In this document: in pieces, positions 51,336-63,312 of the stretch
How the letters are laid out: the number at the start of each line of letters is the position of its first letter
Numbering within the stretch: the first letter of the stretch is position 1
Source: Callorhinchus milii
Lineage: Eukaryota
Length of the DNA: 64,000 bases
Direction of reading: 5' to 3'
NCBI RefSeq assembly: GCF_018977255.1
Contig: NW_024704743.1
Span: 71,240,001-71,304,000, forward strand
Position numbers and translations under genes: made by a program
The notes under the pieces: generated by a model
What the model was told of the DNA's origin: nothing
The model's database searches: none
Seen by the model: only the letters and a program-made list of their open reading frames with translations

Positions 51336-51656
51336 AGTTTACTCCTAGGCTATTTTTGCAATTGGATCTTCTTTTAAAAAGGAAATTGAGCAATTTTTTT
51401 ATTGTAGGCTTTTTAAGACGGTGAGAACATAGCACCACTAAAACGGTCAACGTAGAAATAAGGTTCCTGCAGATGGGAATCACGATTCCGTCAGGATGTA
51501 CTGTTCAATTCACATGTATCACCTGTCAAGGGTCATGCAGTAATCATATGCTTTGTAAATTTTAGTTTTAATGCTCTAATAGAAAGTATTCATCCACGAC
51601 CATGATTAACCAAAATTCATTCCTCGCCCCACCTAATTTAGTGTTCTAATACTTGC

Positions 51657-51819
51657 CAATGCTCGGAGTTGTGTTAAAATATCTGATATTGTTGCATTGG
51701 GATCGTCATATTCCTGAGGTTGTTCAAAGTAGCATCCTGTTCTGTTTATCAGCCAAGCAGCAAGAGATGTGAACATGTAGAACTGCTCACCTGGGTTGGT
51801 AGGGAGAGCAAAGTAATGT
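51657..51819 (-). CDS. IFT57: IFT57 exon 2 (163 nt), GC donor
   Basis: HYFALPTNPGEQFYMFTSLAAWLINRTGCYFEQPQEYDDPNATISDILTQLRAL; acceptor caacag|; donor TTG|GCAAGT. Confidence 0.95.
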
Positions 51820-53134
51820 CTGTTGAAATAAACACAATATATTATCAGTGCTTATAGTTTATGTTGCTCACTTCTAAAACGTCGACCAGTATCATTGATA
51901 AGGATCTATTTAAAGTGAAGACTGCAGGGGCCCCATCAACTTGATTTCCCTTTCCCAAATCTTAATTTTAATTGATTTATTATGGTAGCAGACAATGATG
52001 AAATTCCAAATCATTATATATTCTGCGATTCATTCAAGGTGTAATGATATGTAAATCTTTGGAACTCGCAGATTAAGGAATTAGGAATTTAGATCTTTCT
52101 GGGACAAATCATCCAAACAACCTTCTTGATGTAAGAGGAAGTTAGTGAATGAAGCAAGGTTTGAGGTCAGAATGTGAAGGTTCCACTATAAGATTAAAAA
52201 ATGTTTCAACCCGTTATGAAACATTTTAGTTTTGAGAATAGTCAGCACCCATCTATCTCTTCTTCTCCAAGTTTACACAACCTTCTTTCCTCATTCAGGA
52301 GGGTCTATTTAGATCAGGATTGATGTATAGAGTGGAAAATGAAACTGCATTCTCTCACGAGGTGTCATCAAGCATTATGGTTCAATCTTCAACAACAAAA
52401 AAAACAAGCTGGATGGCAACTAGGGTTTCATTAACTATTGAGTCCTTGGCTAGCAGTTTTCAAGATAGGAATGTACCTACAAGTCTTACTGATGAGCCAG
52501 ATAGGAGGTCAACCATCAGTAAGGGCTGGCTGCGGATTTGTGAGGCTTTACTTGGCAGGTCTCATCAGCGTAGTTTCAGTTTGATGAAACTACATTGACT
52601 TTTGTTTCAAAGTTTTACTCAAGTTATCGACCGATCCTGAGTGAGTGACTGACCCAGTGGACCGACCAGGAGCCAAATGCTAAAAACAACTTTGCTTTCG
52701 AATCCATGATCAGCTGCCCAGAATAATCACAATATCAAAGAAAAACAAACAAAGCTTAGAAGTCATAATATTTTGGGAGGAATGCTACTGGGGTCATTCA
52801 CCATGAAAATGGCTGGATATTGTGGTGCAAATCTCATAGTCCACGTGACTTTGGATAAGACTTAAAACAGGCAGGTCTTGTCTGCCTATTTGGGTGGACA
52901 TTAAAGATCCAATAGCACTGTTTAACAGAAGGGAGTTTCTCCCAGTGTCCTGGCCAACAACCCCCCAGTTAAAATTGGTCATTCACTTCATAGCTTTTTG
53001 CAGGACATTGTTGAGCACAATTGTGCTGCCTACAAAATATAGAGTCTCTACATGTCATAGTAAAGTCCGTGAAGCGCTTTAAGACATTCTTCTGAAGTGC
53101 TTTATCAAATGCAAGGATTATGATTATTTTACAA

Positions 53135-53770
53135 CCACAAGATTACATTTGTATAGCGCCTTTCATGTTGGGAGGACTTTCCAAGGCGTTACAACAACAG
53201 CATTTATAGAGCGCCCTTCACACTGGGTAGCGTCCCGGAGCGCTTCACAGTGGCGGAGTCTGACAATGAGGCGAGGGAGGACCGTAAACACGATCAAAAA
53301 GGAAGATCTTTAGGGAAGATCTTCAGGCAGGATTTGAAGGTGGGGAGGGAGGGAGCAAGGCAGAGTGAGGGAGGGGGAGAGTTCCAGAGTTTTGGGGTGT
53401 AGTGGGTGAAGACACGGCCGCCAACGGTGGAAAGGAGGGTACAAGGGACAAATAGGAAGCCGGAGGCAGCAGGTGGTGGAATCGGGGAAAGCAGATCGGA
53501 CAGGTAGGGAGGTGCGAGGGAAGTAAATGATTGGAAAACAAGTGTGAGGATCTTGAAGTCGATCCGTTCGGTGATTGGGAGCCAGTGGAGCCTGGCAAGG
53601 ACTGGTGTGATGGGGGGGATGGAGTTTCGCGTGGGCGAGTATCCGGGCGGCGGAGTTTTGAATTAAGTGTAGTTTGTGTACAGTGGAGCTGGAGAGACCA
53701 GGAGGGGGGCATTGGAGCAGTCCAGCCGGGAAGTGACCAGGGTGTGGGGGAGGGTTTCAGCTGTGTCTGT
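53135..53770 (-). mobile_element. L2 LINE 3' fragment(s) in IFT57 intron 1
   Basis: LARLHWLP..RIDFKIL-type sequence; (CAA)n tails on the + strand. Confidence 0.82.
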
Positions 53771-53874
53771 GGGTTGTGGTTTCAGTAATGCCAGTTTACA
53801 TGCCCTGAATCTTTACACGATGCCCACAGCGAGAACCCCCCCCACCAACCCAACCCCCCGAGCCGGGCTCTGAC

Positions 53875-54029
53875 CTGCACAGAGTCTTCATGTTGTTCTT
53901 CCTGAGAAAATCGGCCTCGTAGTCCATCAGCTTCAACTTATCCAGCAGATCCTCCATGATGACGAACATGTTGTGGACGGCGCCGGGCCCCCGGTCACCC
54001 TCATCGCCTCGCCGGTTCTCCTCCGCCAT
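53875..54029 (-). CDS. IFT57: IFT57 coding exon 1 (155 nt)
   Basis: ATG at 54029; MAEENRRGDEGDRGPGAVHNMFVIMEDLLDKLKLMDYEADFLRKNNMKTLC(R); donor AG|GTCAGA. Confidence 0.95.
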
Positions 54030-54106
54030 CTGCCGCCCGGGGGGGGGGGGGGGGGGGGTCACAGGCAGTCCGGCCCCTGGGGCTGACTCTCAGGCTGAAC
54101 CCCGGC

Positions 54107-54216
54107 AAATGGCGGCTCCCCCCCACTACCTCACACAAACCGGAAGTGGCCGCCGAGCAGCGCGTATCCAGGAAGTGACGACGCAGCGCGTGGAGGCGAG
54201 TGGTTGTCAAGGAGAC
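54107..54216 (-). promoter_or_regulatory. IFT57 CpG-rich core promoter: YY1-like site, two ETS/GABP sites, RFX X-box
   Basis: AAATGGCGGC 54107-54116; ACCGGAAGTG 54139-54148; CAGGAAGTGACG 54169-54180; GTTGTCAAGGAGAC 54203-54216 (X-box-like); many CpGs. Confidence 0.7.
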
Positions 54217-54224
54217 GCGTCGTC

Positions 54225-54965
54225 ACAACAACAACCACCACCACAACGAATGGCATTCGTTCAGAGCCCTTTCCAGGCGCTGGACAGTCAGAGTTTTGGA
54301 CCCGAGCTGGGGGGGGGGGGCGGGGGCGGGGGTCGGGGGGGGTGGGGGGGGGGGGCGGGGTGAACGAAAGCACAGTCGAAGAGGAGGGTCTTGAGGTGGG
54401 TCTTGCAGGAGGTGGGGGAGGGAGTTCCCGAGGGTGGGGGCAGAGTGGCAGAAGGCCCACCCACCCACCAATGGTGGGGCGGGCGAGGCGGGGGACGTGA
54501 AGCAGCCCGGAGCAGCCCGGAGCCCGCTGAGCGCAGGGAGCGAGTAGGTTGGTGGCGGTTAGGAGGTCGCAGAGGTAGGGGGGAGCAAGGCCGTGGAGGG
54601 CTTTGAAGGTGAGGGCCAGGATCTTGAACTTGTATCCTCTGTGTGATGGGAAGCTGGTGGAGTCGGGTGAGGATGGGGGTGAGAGGGACACAGAGTCTGT
54701 TGCGGGAGAGGACACAGGCTGCAGAGTTCTGGATGATCTGCAGCCTGTGGAGGGAGGAGTCGGGGAGACCGACAAGCAATGAGTTTGCATAGTCCAGCCT
54801 TGAGTCGGGCGATGTTGCGGAGGTGGGAAAGGCAGAGGAGGTCATGGTCCAGATGTGGTGTAGAAAGAATAGCTGAGGGTCAAATAAGACGTCAAAGTTC
54901 CAAAACTGGCTTAGCAAGGTGGCGTGTGCACCCACGGATGGTGATGCTGTCCGTGTCTGATTAAT
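54225..54965 (-). mobile_element. L2 LINE 3' fragment abutting the IFT57 promoter
   Basis: SRLDYANSLLVGLPDSSLHRLQIIQNSAA..; the tail (CAA/CAC)n ends about 10 bp from the X-box. Confidence 0.9.
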
Positions 54966-54997
54966 AATCCCTTCCCCCTCCTATTCACTTGTTGCTT

Positions 54998-55360
54998 AAA
55001 TAATAATAATAATCCTTGCATTTGACATAGCTCCTTATCACATCTTCGAGACTTCTCGAAGCGCTTCACAGAATATACCGTAAAATTAATTGATTGTATA
55101 TTTTGTGGGTGAATCGCAGCAGCCAGTTTGTGCACCGCAGTGTTCTATAAACAAAACAATAATAAATCGGACATTTTTAATTTCATGACTGTTTATGAGA
55201 CACTGCTGTGTGCAGTTGGCTGCCGTGTTTCGCCCACAAGTATACGGTCAATTCGCTTTACAGTATATTCTGTGAAGCGCTTTGAGATATCTAGAAGACG
55301 TAAAAAGAGCTATATCAAATGCAAGGGTTATTATTATAAACAGTCGTGGATTGAGTGACC
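54998..55360. mobile_element. Plus-strand SINE fragment nested in a minus-strand SINE
   Basis: The minus copy breaks at ~55153 and resumes at 55343; TATAAACA is duplicated at 55146-55153 and 55335-55342. Confidence 0.75.
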
Positions 55361-57029
55361 ACAAAAATCTTGTGTCAGCTCTCTGTATGTCCGTCTTCTG
55401 AAAGAGAATGGAGTGTAGCCTCAGACTATGTAGAATCTATTAAATAGTCAAAGGAAGAACTGGAATTTTATGTTGCCTTGTCACATTTAATCATCTCAAA
55501 CACTAATAACTGATTTATAGGCAGATACAGAACCTACCAGTGCAGGCAAGGCCCCAAAATAGCCATGAGGTGAATGCTCAATTTACCTTAAGGATTGTGT
55601 GCCAGGACACACCGGAGAAGCTCTCTTCTCTTTTTGAATTGTGTAATGGGATCTTTAACATCTACCTGAACAGGCAGTATAAACACATTGGATTGCAACA
55701 GCCATCTCTGTTCAATTATGCACTGCAGAAAATACAATACAAAATTCAAAGTTACATTTGTATAGCGCCTTTCACGTCTCCCAATACTATACTAAACTAC
55801 AACATTTTCTCTGAATACTGCCAGTGTCAGTGACTGTCAGTGAAGTACAAACTTAAACTGAACCATTAAACTAGCTCCTGAATGGCTATAACAAAGATCA
55901 TTTTCTGTTTTTTTCTGTTTTGACTTATATAATTCTACCATCCTTGCTGCCTTTCAACTTACATTTGTTGCTTACATTGACCTATTGCTCAGTATCTTGG
56001 AAGCGAGTGGAGTTGGCTTCATGGCGAGAAAGCAATTCACACGAGGACCTAGATTAAGCAGTTGCTGTTGAGTATACCTGGTGCTTGACAATGGACTTAG
56101 ACTTCGAGAACATAAGATGGTGGTCCAAACACAAGCTGTTCCATGTATGTGATTTCACCATCCTGAAGGCAGATGTTCTTTGAGCTAATGAGGAAACTCT
56201 GAGGGTTGGGATGACAGTTTCTGGAAGGCATTGTCCGGAATCCAGGTATGTGAATACATGCCCATATATCCAGGGCTTGTTACCTACCTTGCTTGGTCTT
56301 GGTTTGCTAGGGAATAAATAGCTGCTGCAAAGCTCATTTCTAACTGGTGAAACCACCATTCAATAGTTAGGAGTATGTGAAGTAAGAAGGAACAAATTAT
56401 GCTTGTGCCCTTAAATATAGCCCCTTTTAAGTGAAAAAAGTTCAACTTATTTGTGTTCAGCTCTTTGAAAGCAAGTGCAACTGGTATTTCAATCTTGGAT
56501 ATCTGCTTGATCTAAATTATTTAAATATATTGTAATTTAATTGAGAACAAGCATATTGGAGGGAATACTTAAACTTTTCATATAGTACTTCCATTTTGAT
56601 AGGGGGTACAGAATACATACAATAGAATTTACATTTGTATAGCACCTTTCACATTGGGAAGATGTCCCAAGGTACTATACAAATGTAATAGGCTACTCCA
56701 AACATAGGCTACTCCAAACCATTGCTGGGGTGTACTGCATTGTTGGAGTTGATGTCTTTCGGAATGAGACGTTAAACCAAGTTCCTGTCTGCTTGTTCAA
56801 ATGGATGTTAAAAATCTCTACTCAGAAAGAAGAGGGGAGTTTCTCCTGGTTGTATATCCTGCAGATTAAATTGGTCATTCACATTATGGCTGTTTGTAGG
56901 ACATTGCTGTGCACAAATTGGCTCCCGCATTCACCAATGAAATACGCAGTTACTACACTTTAGAGTAAATCCTCTGAAACGCTTGAACTGTCCCTCCCAG
57001 AATGAAGACTCCATAACAAATACAAGGTA

Positions 57030-58075
57030 GGAGTCCTGTAGCATATTTGTTAGAACACTTGCCTCAACAACAACAACAACAAGATTACATTTGTATAGCG
57101 TCTTTCACGTCGGGAGGATGTCCCAAGGCGCTAGACAGTGTACAGCATTTCAGACCCGAGCTGGGGTCAGGGGGGAGAAGGGAGGGGAAGTGGAGTGGCC
57201 AATGGAATGGTCGAAGAGGAGGATTTTGAGGCGGGACTTGAAGGAGGCTAAGGAGGGGGCGAGGCAGAGTGACTGGGGGATGGAGTTCCAGAGATTGGGG
57301 GCAGAGTGGCTGAAGGCTCTTCCGCCAATGGTGGGGCGGGTGGGTTTTGGGACGTGGAGCAGGCCTGAGCCGGCTGAGCGGAGCGAGTGGGCGGGTTGGT
57401 AGGGGGTTAGGAGGTCACAGGGGTAGGGTGGGGCGAGGCCTTGGAGGGCTTTGTATGTGAGGACCAGGATCTTGAACTGGATCCTTTGAAGGGTAGGGAG
57501 CCAATGTAGTCGGGCGAGAGTGGGGGAGATGGGATCACAGAGTTTGTGCGGCAGAGGACACGGGCTGCAGAGTTCTGGATTATCTGCAGTCTGTGGAGGG
57601 AGGAGTTGGGAAGGCCGACAAGCATAGTCGAGCCTGGAGGTGATGAAGGCATGAACAAGAGTTTCAGCGGCCTGAGGGGTGAGGAAGTGACGGAGTCGGA
57701 CGATGTTACGGAGGTGAGGGAAGGCAGAGCAGGTCATGGCTCACAACTGTGCCTCACAAGTGAGAGGACCTGGGTTATTCCACACGCCTCTGTTTACCTA
57801 GCAGTTAGTTAAAACCCGGTTATTCGTCAATTATCAGATCACTTTTTCGAGGGTAATAATCTCTTCAAAAATAAAATGTAAAAAAAAATTTGGTCGCTCA
57901 ATCCACGACTGTTTGTGGGACACTGCTGTGCGCCATTGGCTTCCGCGTTTCGCCCACAAAAATATACAGTCAATTCAGTTTACAGTATATTCTGTGAAGC
58001 GCTTTGAGATGTCTCAACGACGTGATGAGGTGCGCTATCAAATGCAAGGATCACCATCATCATTATTATTATTAT
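57030..58075 (+). mobile_element. SINE (long subfamily) interrupted by an L2 insertion
   Basis: Head GGAGTCCTGTAGC at 57030 resumes at 57757 with CAAGTGAGAGGACCTGGGTT; tail at ~58075. Confidence 0.8.
57067..57749 (-). mobile_element. L2 LINE 3' fragment nested in the SINE head
   Basis: AFPHLRNIVRLRHFLTPQAAETLVHAFITSRLDY..LHWLP..RIQFKILVLTYKAL; flanked by TGCCTCA on both sides. Confidence 0.92.
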
Positions 58076-58543
58076 GAACACTGTAAGAAATAAGCACATT
58101 TCTATAGCAGCTTATCACACAATAAAATCGTCTGGAATTACAGACTCAAGTGGGAGGATTGTCAAACAGGTTTAATTGTGTGTCTGTGGTGTGTTTGTGT
58201 GTGTAAAAGTCGCTGCAATAACCAGGTTCCTGCATTGCTGGGAAACTAAAAATGCCAACCTCCCCTGTGGGTTGTGTGGTCTTTTGCACCACGTTACCCG
58301 TTTCTTAGCAACTATCCCCACACACACACACACCCCACACACACACACTACAGATAAACTGTTTCAGATCTGTGGTTCACAGGTTCCTCTCTGTGTGTCT
58401 CTCTCTGTGTCTCTCTGTGTGTGTGTGTGTGTCTGTGTTTCTCTCCCACACACAGAGCAGGTGTTGGCTGCACTGGGCGGTGGGAGCCAACCCGGGAGGG
58501 GAGAGAAGGGGAGGGGAGCCACCCCGAGAGCCTCCCTGTGACC

Positions 58544-58676
58544 ATGGCTGACGGTGAACAAGCGGCCGGGGACACGCTGCCGGAGCTGACGGCTGGAGAG
58601 AAAGAGCGGAGCAGAGCAGCCTCTCCCAAACCTGACAGCGACATGTCGCCCCCACTCATCTCCATCAGCTACACTG
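58544..58676 (+). CDS. Putative first coding exon of an unidentified plus-strand gene
   Basis: Kozak GTGACCATGG in a CpG-containing, non-repeat segment; MADGEQAAGDTLPELTAGEKERSRAASPKPDSDMSPPLISISYT; donor G|GTAATA, phase 1. Confidence 0.65.
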
Positions 58677-58810
58677 GTAATAACCCCAGACAGGGTGTCC
58701 ACCAAGTCCTGTTACCCCCCCCCCCCCACCCCCCACCCCTGTGTGTGTGTGTGTTTTTTTTACAGCCACCAGGCAACAAGTGAAACCTGCAAAGGATGCT
58801 GATGACTGGA

Positions 58811-59138
58811 TTAATAATAATAATAATAATAATCCTTGCATTTGATATAGCTCTTTTCACGTCGGGAGGACGTCCCAAAGCGCTTCACAGAACACACTGT
58901 AAAGTGAATTGACTGTATAATTGTGGGCGAACGCGGCAGCCAATTGCGCACAGTAATGTCCCACAAACAGTCGTAGATTGAAAATGACCAATTTATTATT
59001 GTTTTTTGTTTTGGAGGGATTATTATTAGGCGTGTGGAGTAAGGAAACTTGCCCAAGGTTTCGCCCTCTGCCTGGAATTGAACTCAGGTCTCTCGCTTGC
59101 AAAGCGAGTGCTCTAACCACTGAGCTACAGGACTCCAC
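58811..59138 (-). mobile_element. Full-length young tRNA-derived SINE (short subfamily)
   Basis: Head GGAGTCCTGTAGCTCAGTGGTTAGAGCACTCGCTTTGCAAGCGAGAGACCTGAGTTCAATTCC (A/B boxes); Deu-like core; L2-like tail; (TTA)n. Confidence 0.92.
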
Positions 59139-59742
59139 AAAGGACTTCATTTTATTGAATACAAGTGTTTAACTGCATGTCTCTCGCGCCCTGCATTTCA
59201 CCATCGGCGACCGCACTTTCAGCCACTTACGCTCTTCCTCTATCCCTCCACCTTGGCCCTTCCTTCCCCATCTTTAGGTGGTGCCTAAAGTCCTTCCTAT
59301 TCGACTGTGCCTGCGGTCACCCACCTCCCAGCTGACACTCGTGCTCCTCCATAGTCAAGCGCTCTGGCACTCTACCCTGTATGAGGGCCACTATGTAAAT
59401 GCAAGTTGTTGTTAACTGTATTTAGACGTCCAGAGAATCGGTGTGAGCACCATCAATTTCCTAGCACCTAATGATCTGTCACCATGTTCAGTGCAATGTG
59501 AGGTGAAATGCATCTCTGTCATCTTGTCTCAGCTCCTTGTTAGTTTTGTATCACTGTTTTGTAATGGGTGGAGAGGAGGGGAGGGCTGATGATGTGGGTA
59601 AGGACTTTGTGGACACCCCGTACAGCCCAAGATGGGGCAAATTTCAGATGGTCTATGGAAAAGCAATTTGGTTATCTAAATGACCTTTCCTCATTCCACT
59701 ACATTTTCCACAAGACTAGAGGGCATAAATACACCACAGACA

Positions 59743-59985
59743 GTAATAATAAAAAATAATAATCCTTGCATTTGATATAGAGCCTCATCACATCTTCGAG
59801 ACGTCTCAAAGCGCTTCACAAAATATACTGTAAAGTGAATTGACTGTGTATTTTGTGGGTGAAACATGGCAGCCAATTATGCACAGCAGTGTCCCTCAAA
59901 CAGTCGTCGATTGAGTGACCTTGTTTTTTTTTGAAGTATTATTATCCCCGAAAAAAGCAATCTGCCAATCGACCAACAACCAGCA
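59743..59985 (-). mobile_element. SINE 3' part
   Basis: Same core and tail as the other SINE copies. Confidence 0.8.
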
Positions 59986-61150
59986 TAAATACAACACAGA
60001 CATAAATACAACACATCCAATAGGGAGTTTAGGAATTTATTTAAGCAGAGGGTGGTGAGAATGTGCTATTATTCACTTTTGAAAGCTTTGTTTGAGGCAA
60101 AAAAAATCAGTGTGTTTAAGAGGAAGCTTGATGCAAGTCTGAGGGAGAAGGGAATAGAGGGGAAGATGAAAGATAGAGGCTCCTGTGGAGCGTAAACACC
60201 ATCACAGACTTGGATTCGTAGATGGTAAAACTGCTCAGAAACAGGCCCTCCACACCATCCTAGTGGAGCCAAATAGTCTGTTTTTGTGTTGTGTCATTCT
60301 GTGTAATTCTATGCTAATATTTTGCCCTCACTGTATCTGAGTGTTAGCAGTTGGCAAGTTCATTTTCCCATCAATTTTTTCAACAGCCCCCATGTGGTTT
60401 GGGTAAGTTAAAACACTTTCAGTTTGGCTCAGTGATGTTTTCATCTCTGATAGATCTCAAGGCATAGAAATGAAGGGAGTATTGTCCATAATTGATTTAT
60501 TTTTCATCTCTCCACCTGGGAAGTAAGTGCTTGGCCTTTCAGAGATACCATACAGCATAGACCACTTCTCAACGAACTTCTGGGGAAGGACTGCTCCAGG
60601 GTAGATTAGAGATAGCAGTAAAGAGTTCAGGATGAGGGAGAATTTCAGATGGTTTGTGGAAAGTAGTTTGGCATGAGTGACATTGAGAGTTCACTCTGGG
60701 TGAAATTGCAGGTGCATAACCACTTACTGTTGTCCTATGAGCTCCGAAGCAATAGCTCTGTTGCTCTTTTTATTTTTTGTATCAGTCATTTGGTCTTAAT
60801 CTCTGGACCTCCCTGGCTCTATCCCTCCGCCTAGCTTATCTGAGATCTAGAGCCGGAAAACAGACTTCTATTAATGTTTTTTAAAAGTTACCTGCAGGAT
60901 ACAAATACTCTGGGACTCCACCTGGCGTGCAGGGCGCAAGTTGTTGTTGTTGGATAAGTCTAACAATGTGTATAGGTAAGTTTAATATGCTTGTATCCAA
61001 ATTTCATTTGGGGTATATGAAGGTAGGAGGTTACTGGAGGAAGGCTCTAGTTCCCTGGAATGTCTTACCTTTTTGCTTTACTTCAATACTTGTTTTGCAT
61101 TTATATTGCACTATTTTTGAGAATTCATTGGGAAAGTATAAATCTGGGTT

Positions 61151-61448
61151 TAATAATAATCCTTGCATTTGATATAGCACTTTTCACGTCGGGAGGACGT
61201 CCCAAAGCGCTTCACAGAATACACTGTAAAGTGAATTGACTGTATATTTGTGGGCGAATGCGGCAGCCAATTGTGCACAGCAATGTCCCACAAACAGTCG
61301 TAGATTGAAAATGACCAATTTATTATTGTTTTTGGTTTTGGCGGGATTATTATTAGGCGTGTGGAGTAAGGTTTCGCCCTGCCTGGAATTGAACTCAGGT
61401 CTCTCGCTTGCAAAGCGAGTGCTGTAACCACTGAGCTACAGGACTCCA
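61151..61448 (-). mobile_element. Full-length young tRNA-derived SINE (short subfamily)
   Basis: Near-identical to 58811-59138, with a short internal deletion. Confidence 0.92.
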
Positions 61449-62557
61449 AAAAGTATGGCAAATTGGGGTGTAGCTCTGCTGTGTGCGATTGGCTGCTTCA
61501 TTTTGCCCACAAAATACACAGTCAATCAGGGAAGCGCTTTGAGATGTCTCAACGGCATGATAAAGTGCTGTATGAAAAGTGCTGTATGTATGCATGTATG
61601 ATTGGTGCCTGAAAGGGTGATGGAAGCTGATTCGATAACAACTTTTAGGAGAGAAATAGATAATTATTTGAGGAGGACAAGTTTGCAGGGCTATGGGGAG
61701 AGAGCAGGGGATTGATTTGGGTAACTCTTTTCAAAGAGCCGGCACAGTCACGATGGGCCGAATGGCCTCCTTCTGTGCTGTATAATTCTATGACTCTATG
61801 AACTGCAAGGATTATTATTGTTATGCTCCTGATACCACATAGAGTAGGTTGTTTCAGAAGCAGCTTAATTTCCGTGTAAACAAATCTCAGAAGATGATGA
61901 CAGTTCTGCTCCCAATAGTCTCTTGAATGATTTTTGAGCAGTTCAATGGATGGTCCAGGAATGTTTAAAGATCTGTGTTTTCAATGTTTTTAAAGAATCT
62001 GTTCTGCGACCAGTTTTTAATAAATCCTGATTTTGGAGTTCTGCACATTCGGTTATTAGCACATTTACAGAACTCCAAAACTCAGTGATAGTATTTTAAA
62101 TGCAGCATTAGTTTTGCATGATGCAAGATTAGTTTGGCACTGCATTTAATTACATTACATTTTGAATGTTGTACTTTCCTCACTTTGTTTGTTTATTCTT
62201 GCAATTTTTTAGGTTTTTGAGGGGAATGGGTGGTTTGTTGGTCAGAATTTTTTTTTCTGTGGTTATTTCTTTCATTTTATTTCTTGCTATTGAACAATCA
62301 CACACTCTTTCACAGTTTCATTCTCTCTTTCTTGCTGACTTATTGCCTGCCAGAGCCTTTTTGAGGAAAGAGTTGCAGAATTCAATCTTGACGTGCTCAA
62401 AGCATGGATGATGTTTGAGAGATTCCAGATTACACAAGGATCAATGATAGTTAAAAAGCTATGAAGTGCAACCTAATCCTGTAATATAGGCATAAATACA
62501 TTCTCAAAGGTAGTGTGTATACCAGGGACAATGTGGAAAGACTGTAGGTAGGGAAAT

Positions 62558-63312
62558 ACAACAACAACAACAACTTGCATTTATATGGAGCCTTCACGGG
62601 GGTAGTGTACCGGAGCACTTGAGAGTGGCATAGTCTGACCCTGAGCCAGGGAGGGATGAGGTGATCATAAACATGATCAAATAAGAAGGTCCTTAGGTGG
62701 GATTTGAAAGTGGGGAGGGAGGAGACAAGCTGGAGGGATTGAGGGAGAGAGTTCTAGAGTTTCGGGGCATAGTGGTTCAAAGTGCGCCACCAATGGTGGA
62801 AAGGAGGGCAAGAGGTACATGCAGAAGGCCGGAGCCAGTTGAGCAGAGCCAGGGGGTTATGGATTGGGGGGTGTATGGAAATCGGATAGATAGGGAGGCG
62901 TGAGGGCATGAAGGGATTTGAAAATGAGCATGAGGACTTTGAAATCGATCCGTTCGCCAATTGGGAGTCAGAGGAGCTTGGCTAGAACTGGTGTGATAGG
63001 GGTATGTAGTTTATTATGGGTGAGTATGCGGGCAGCAGAGTTTTGGATCAGCTGGATCCTGTGCACATTGGAAGTGGGGAGACTGGCAAAGAGGACATTT
63101 GAGGAGTTGGGAGGTGACGAATGCCTGGAGGCAGGCAATGTAGTGGAAGTGGAGGAAGGCGGAGCCAGCCAAGCAGAGGCAGCGGGTGTTGGAGTTGGGG
63201 GATGGTAAGCAGGTCAGATAGGTGGGGAGATCAAGGGCATGAATGATTTGAAAACGAGCGAGAGGATCTTGAAATCGATCCGATCGATAATTGGGAGCCA
63301 GTGAAGCCAAGC
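62558..63312 (-). mobile_element. L2 LINE 3' fragments
   Basis: (CAA)n tail at 62558; LWLPIGERIDFK-like and APKL*NSLP-like segments. Confidence 0.8.

Larger units (their letters stand above)
33153..54029 (-). other. IFT57: IFT57 gene span (intraflagellar transport protein 57/HIPPI), 11 coding exons, 1239-nt CDS, 412 aa
   Basis: Exons join in phase into MAEENRR...MEDLLDKLKLMDYE...RHYFALPTNPGEQFYMF...FPPSKLKQGYGEQVCYVLD...EWNLEVERVLPQLKVTIRTDNKDWRIHVDQMHQH...APLVKIKQALTKLKQE...MHATNIPESTIGGY*, which matches vertebrate IFT57 as I recall it. Confidence 0.98.

Noticed and set aside
59070..59138. tRNA-Ala(TGC)-like sequence (also 61385-61448)
   Set aside because: It is the head of a SINE: it runs directly into the SINE body and has no proper 3' acceptor stem
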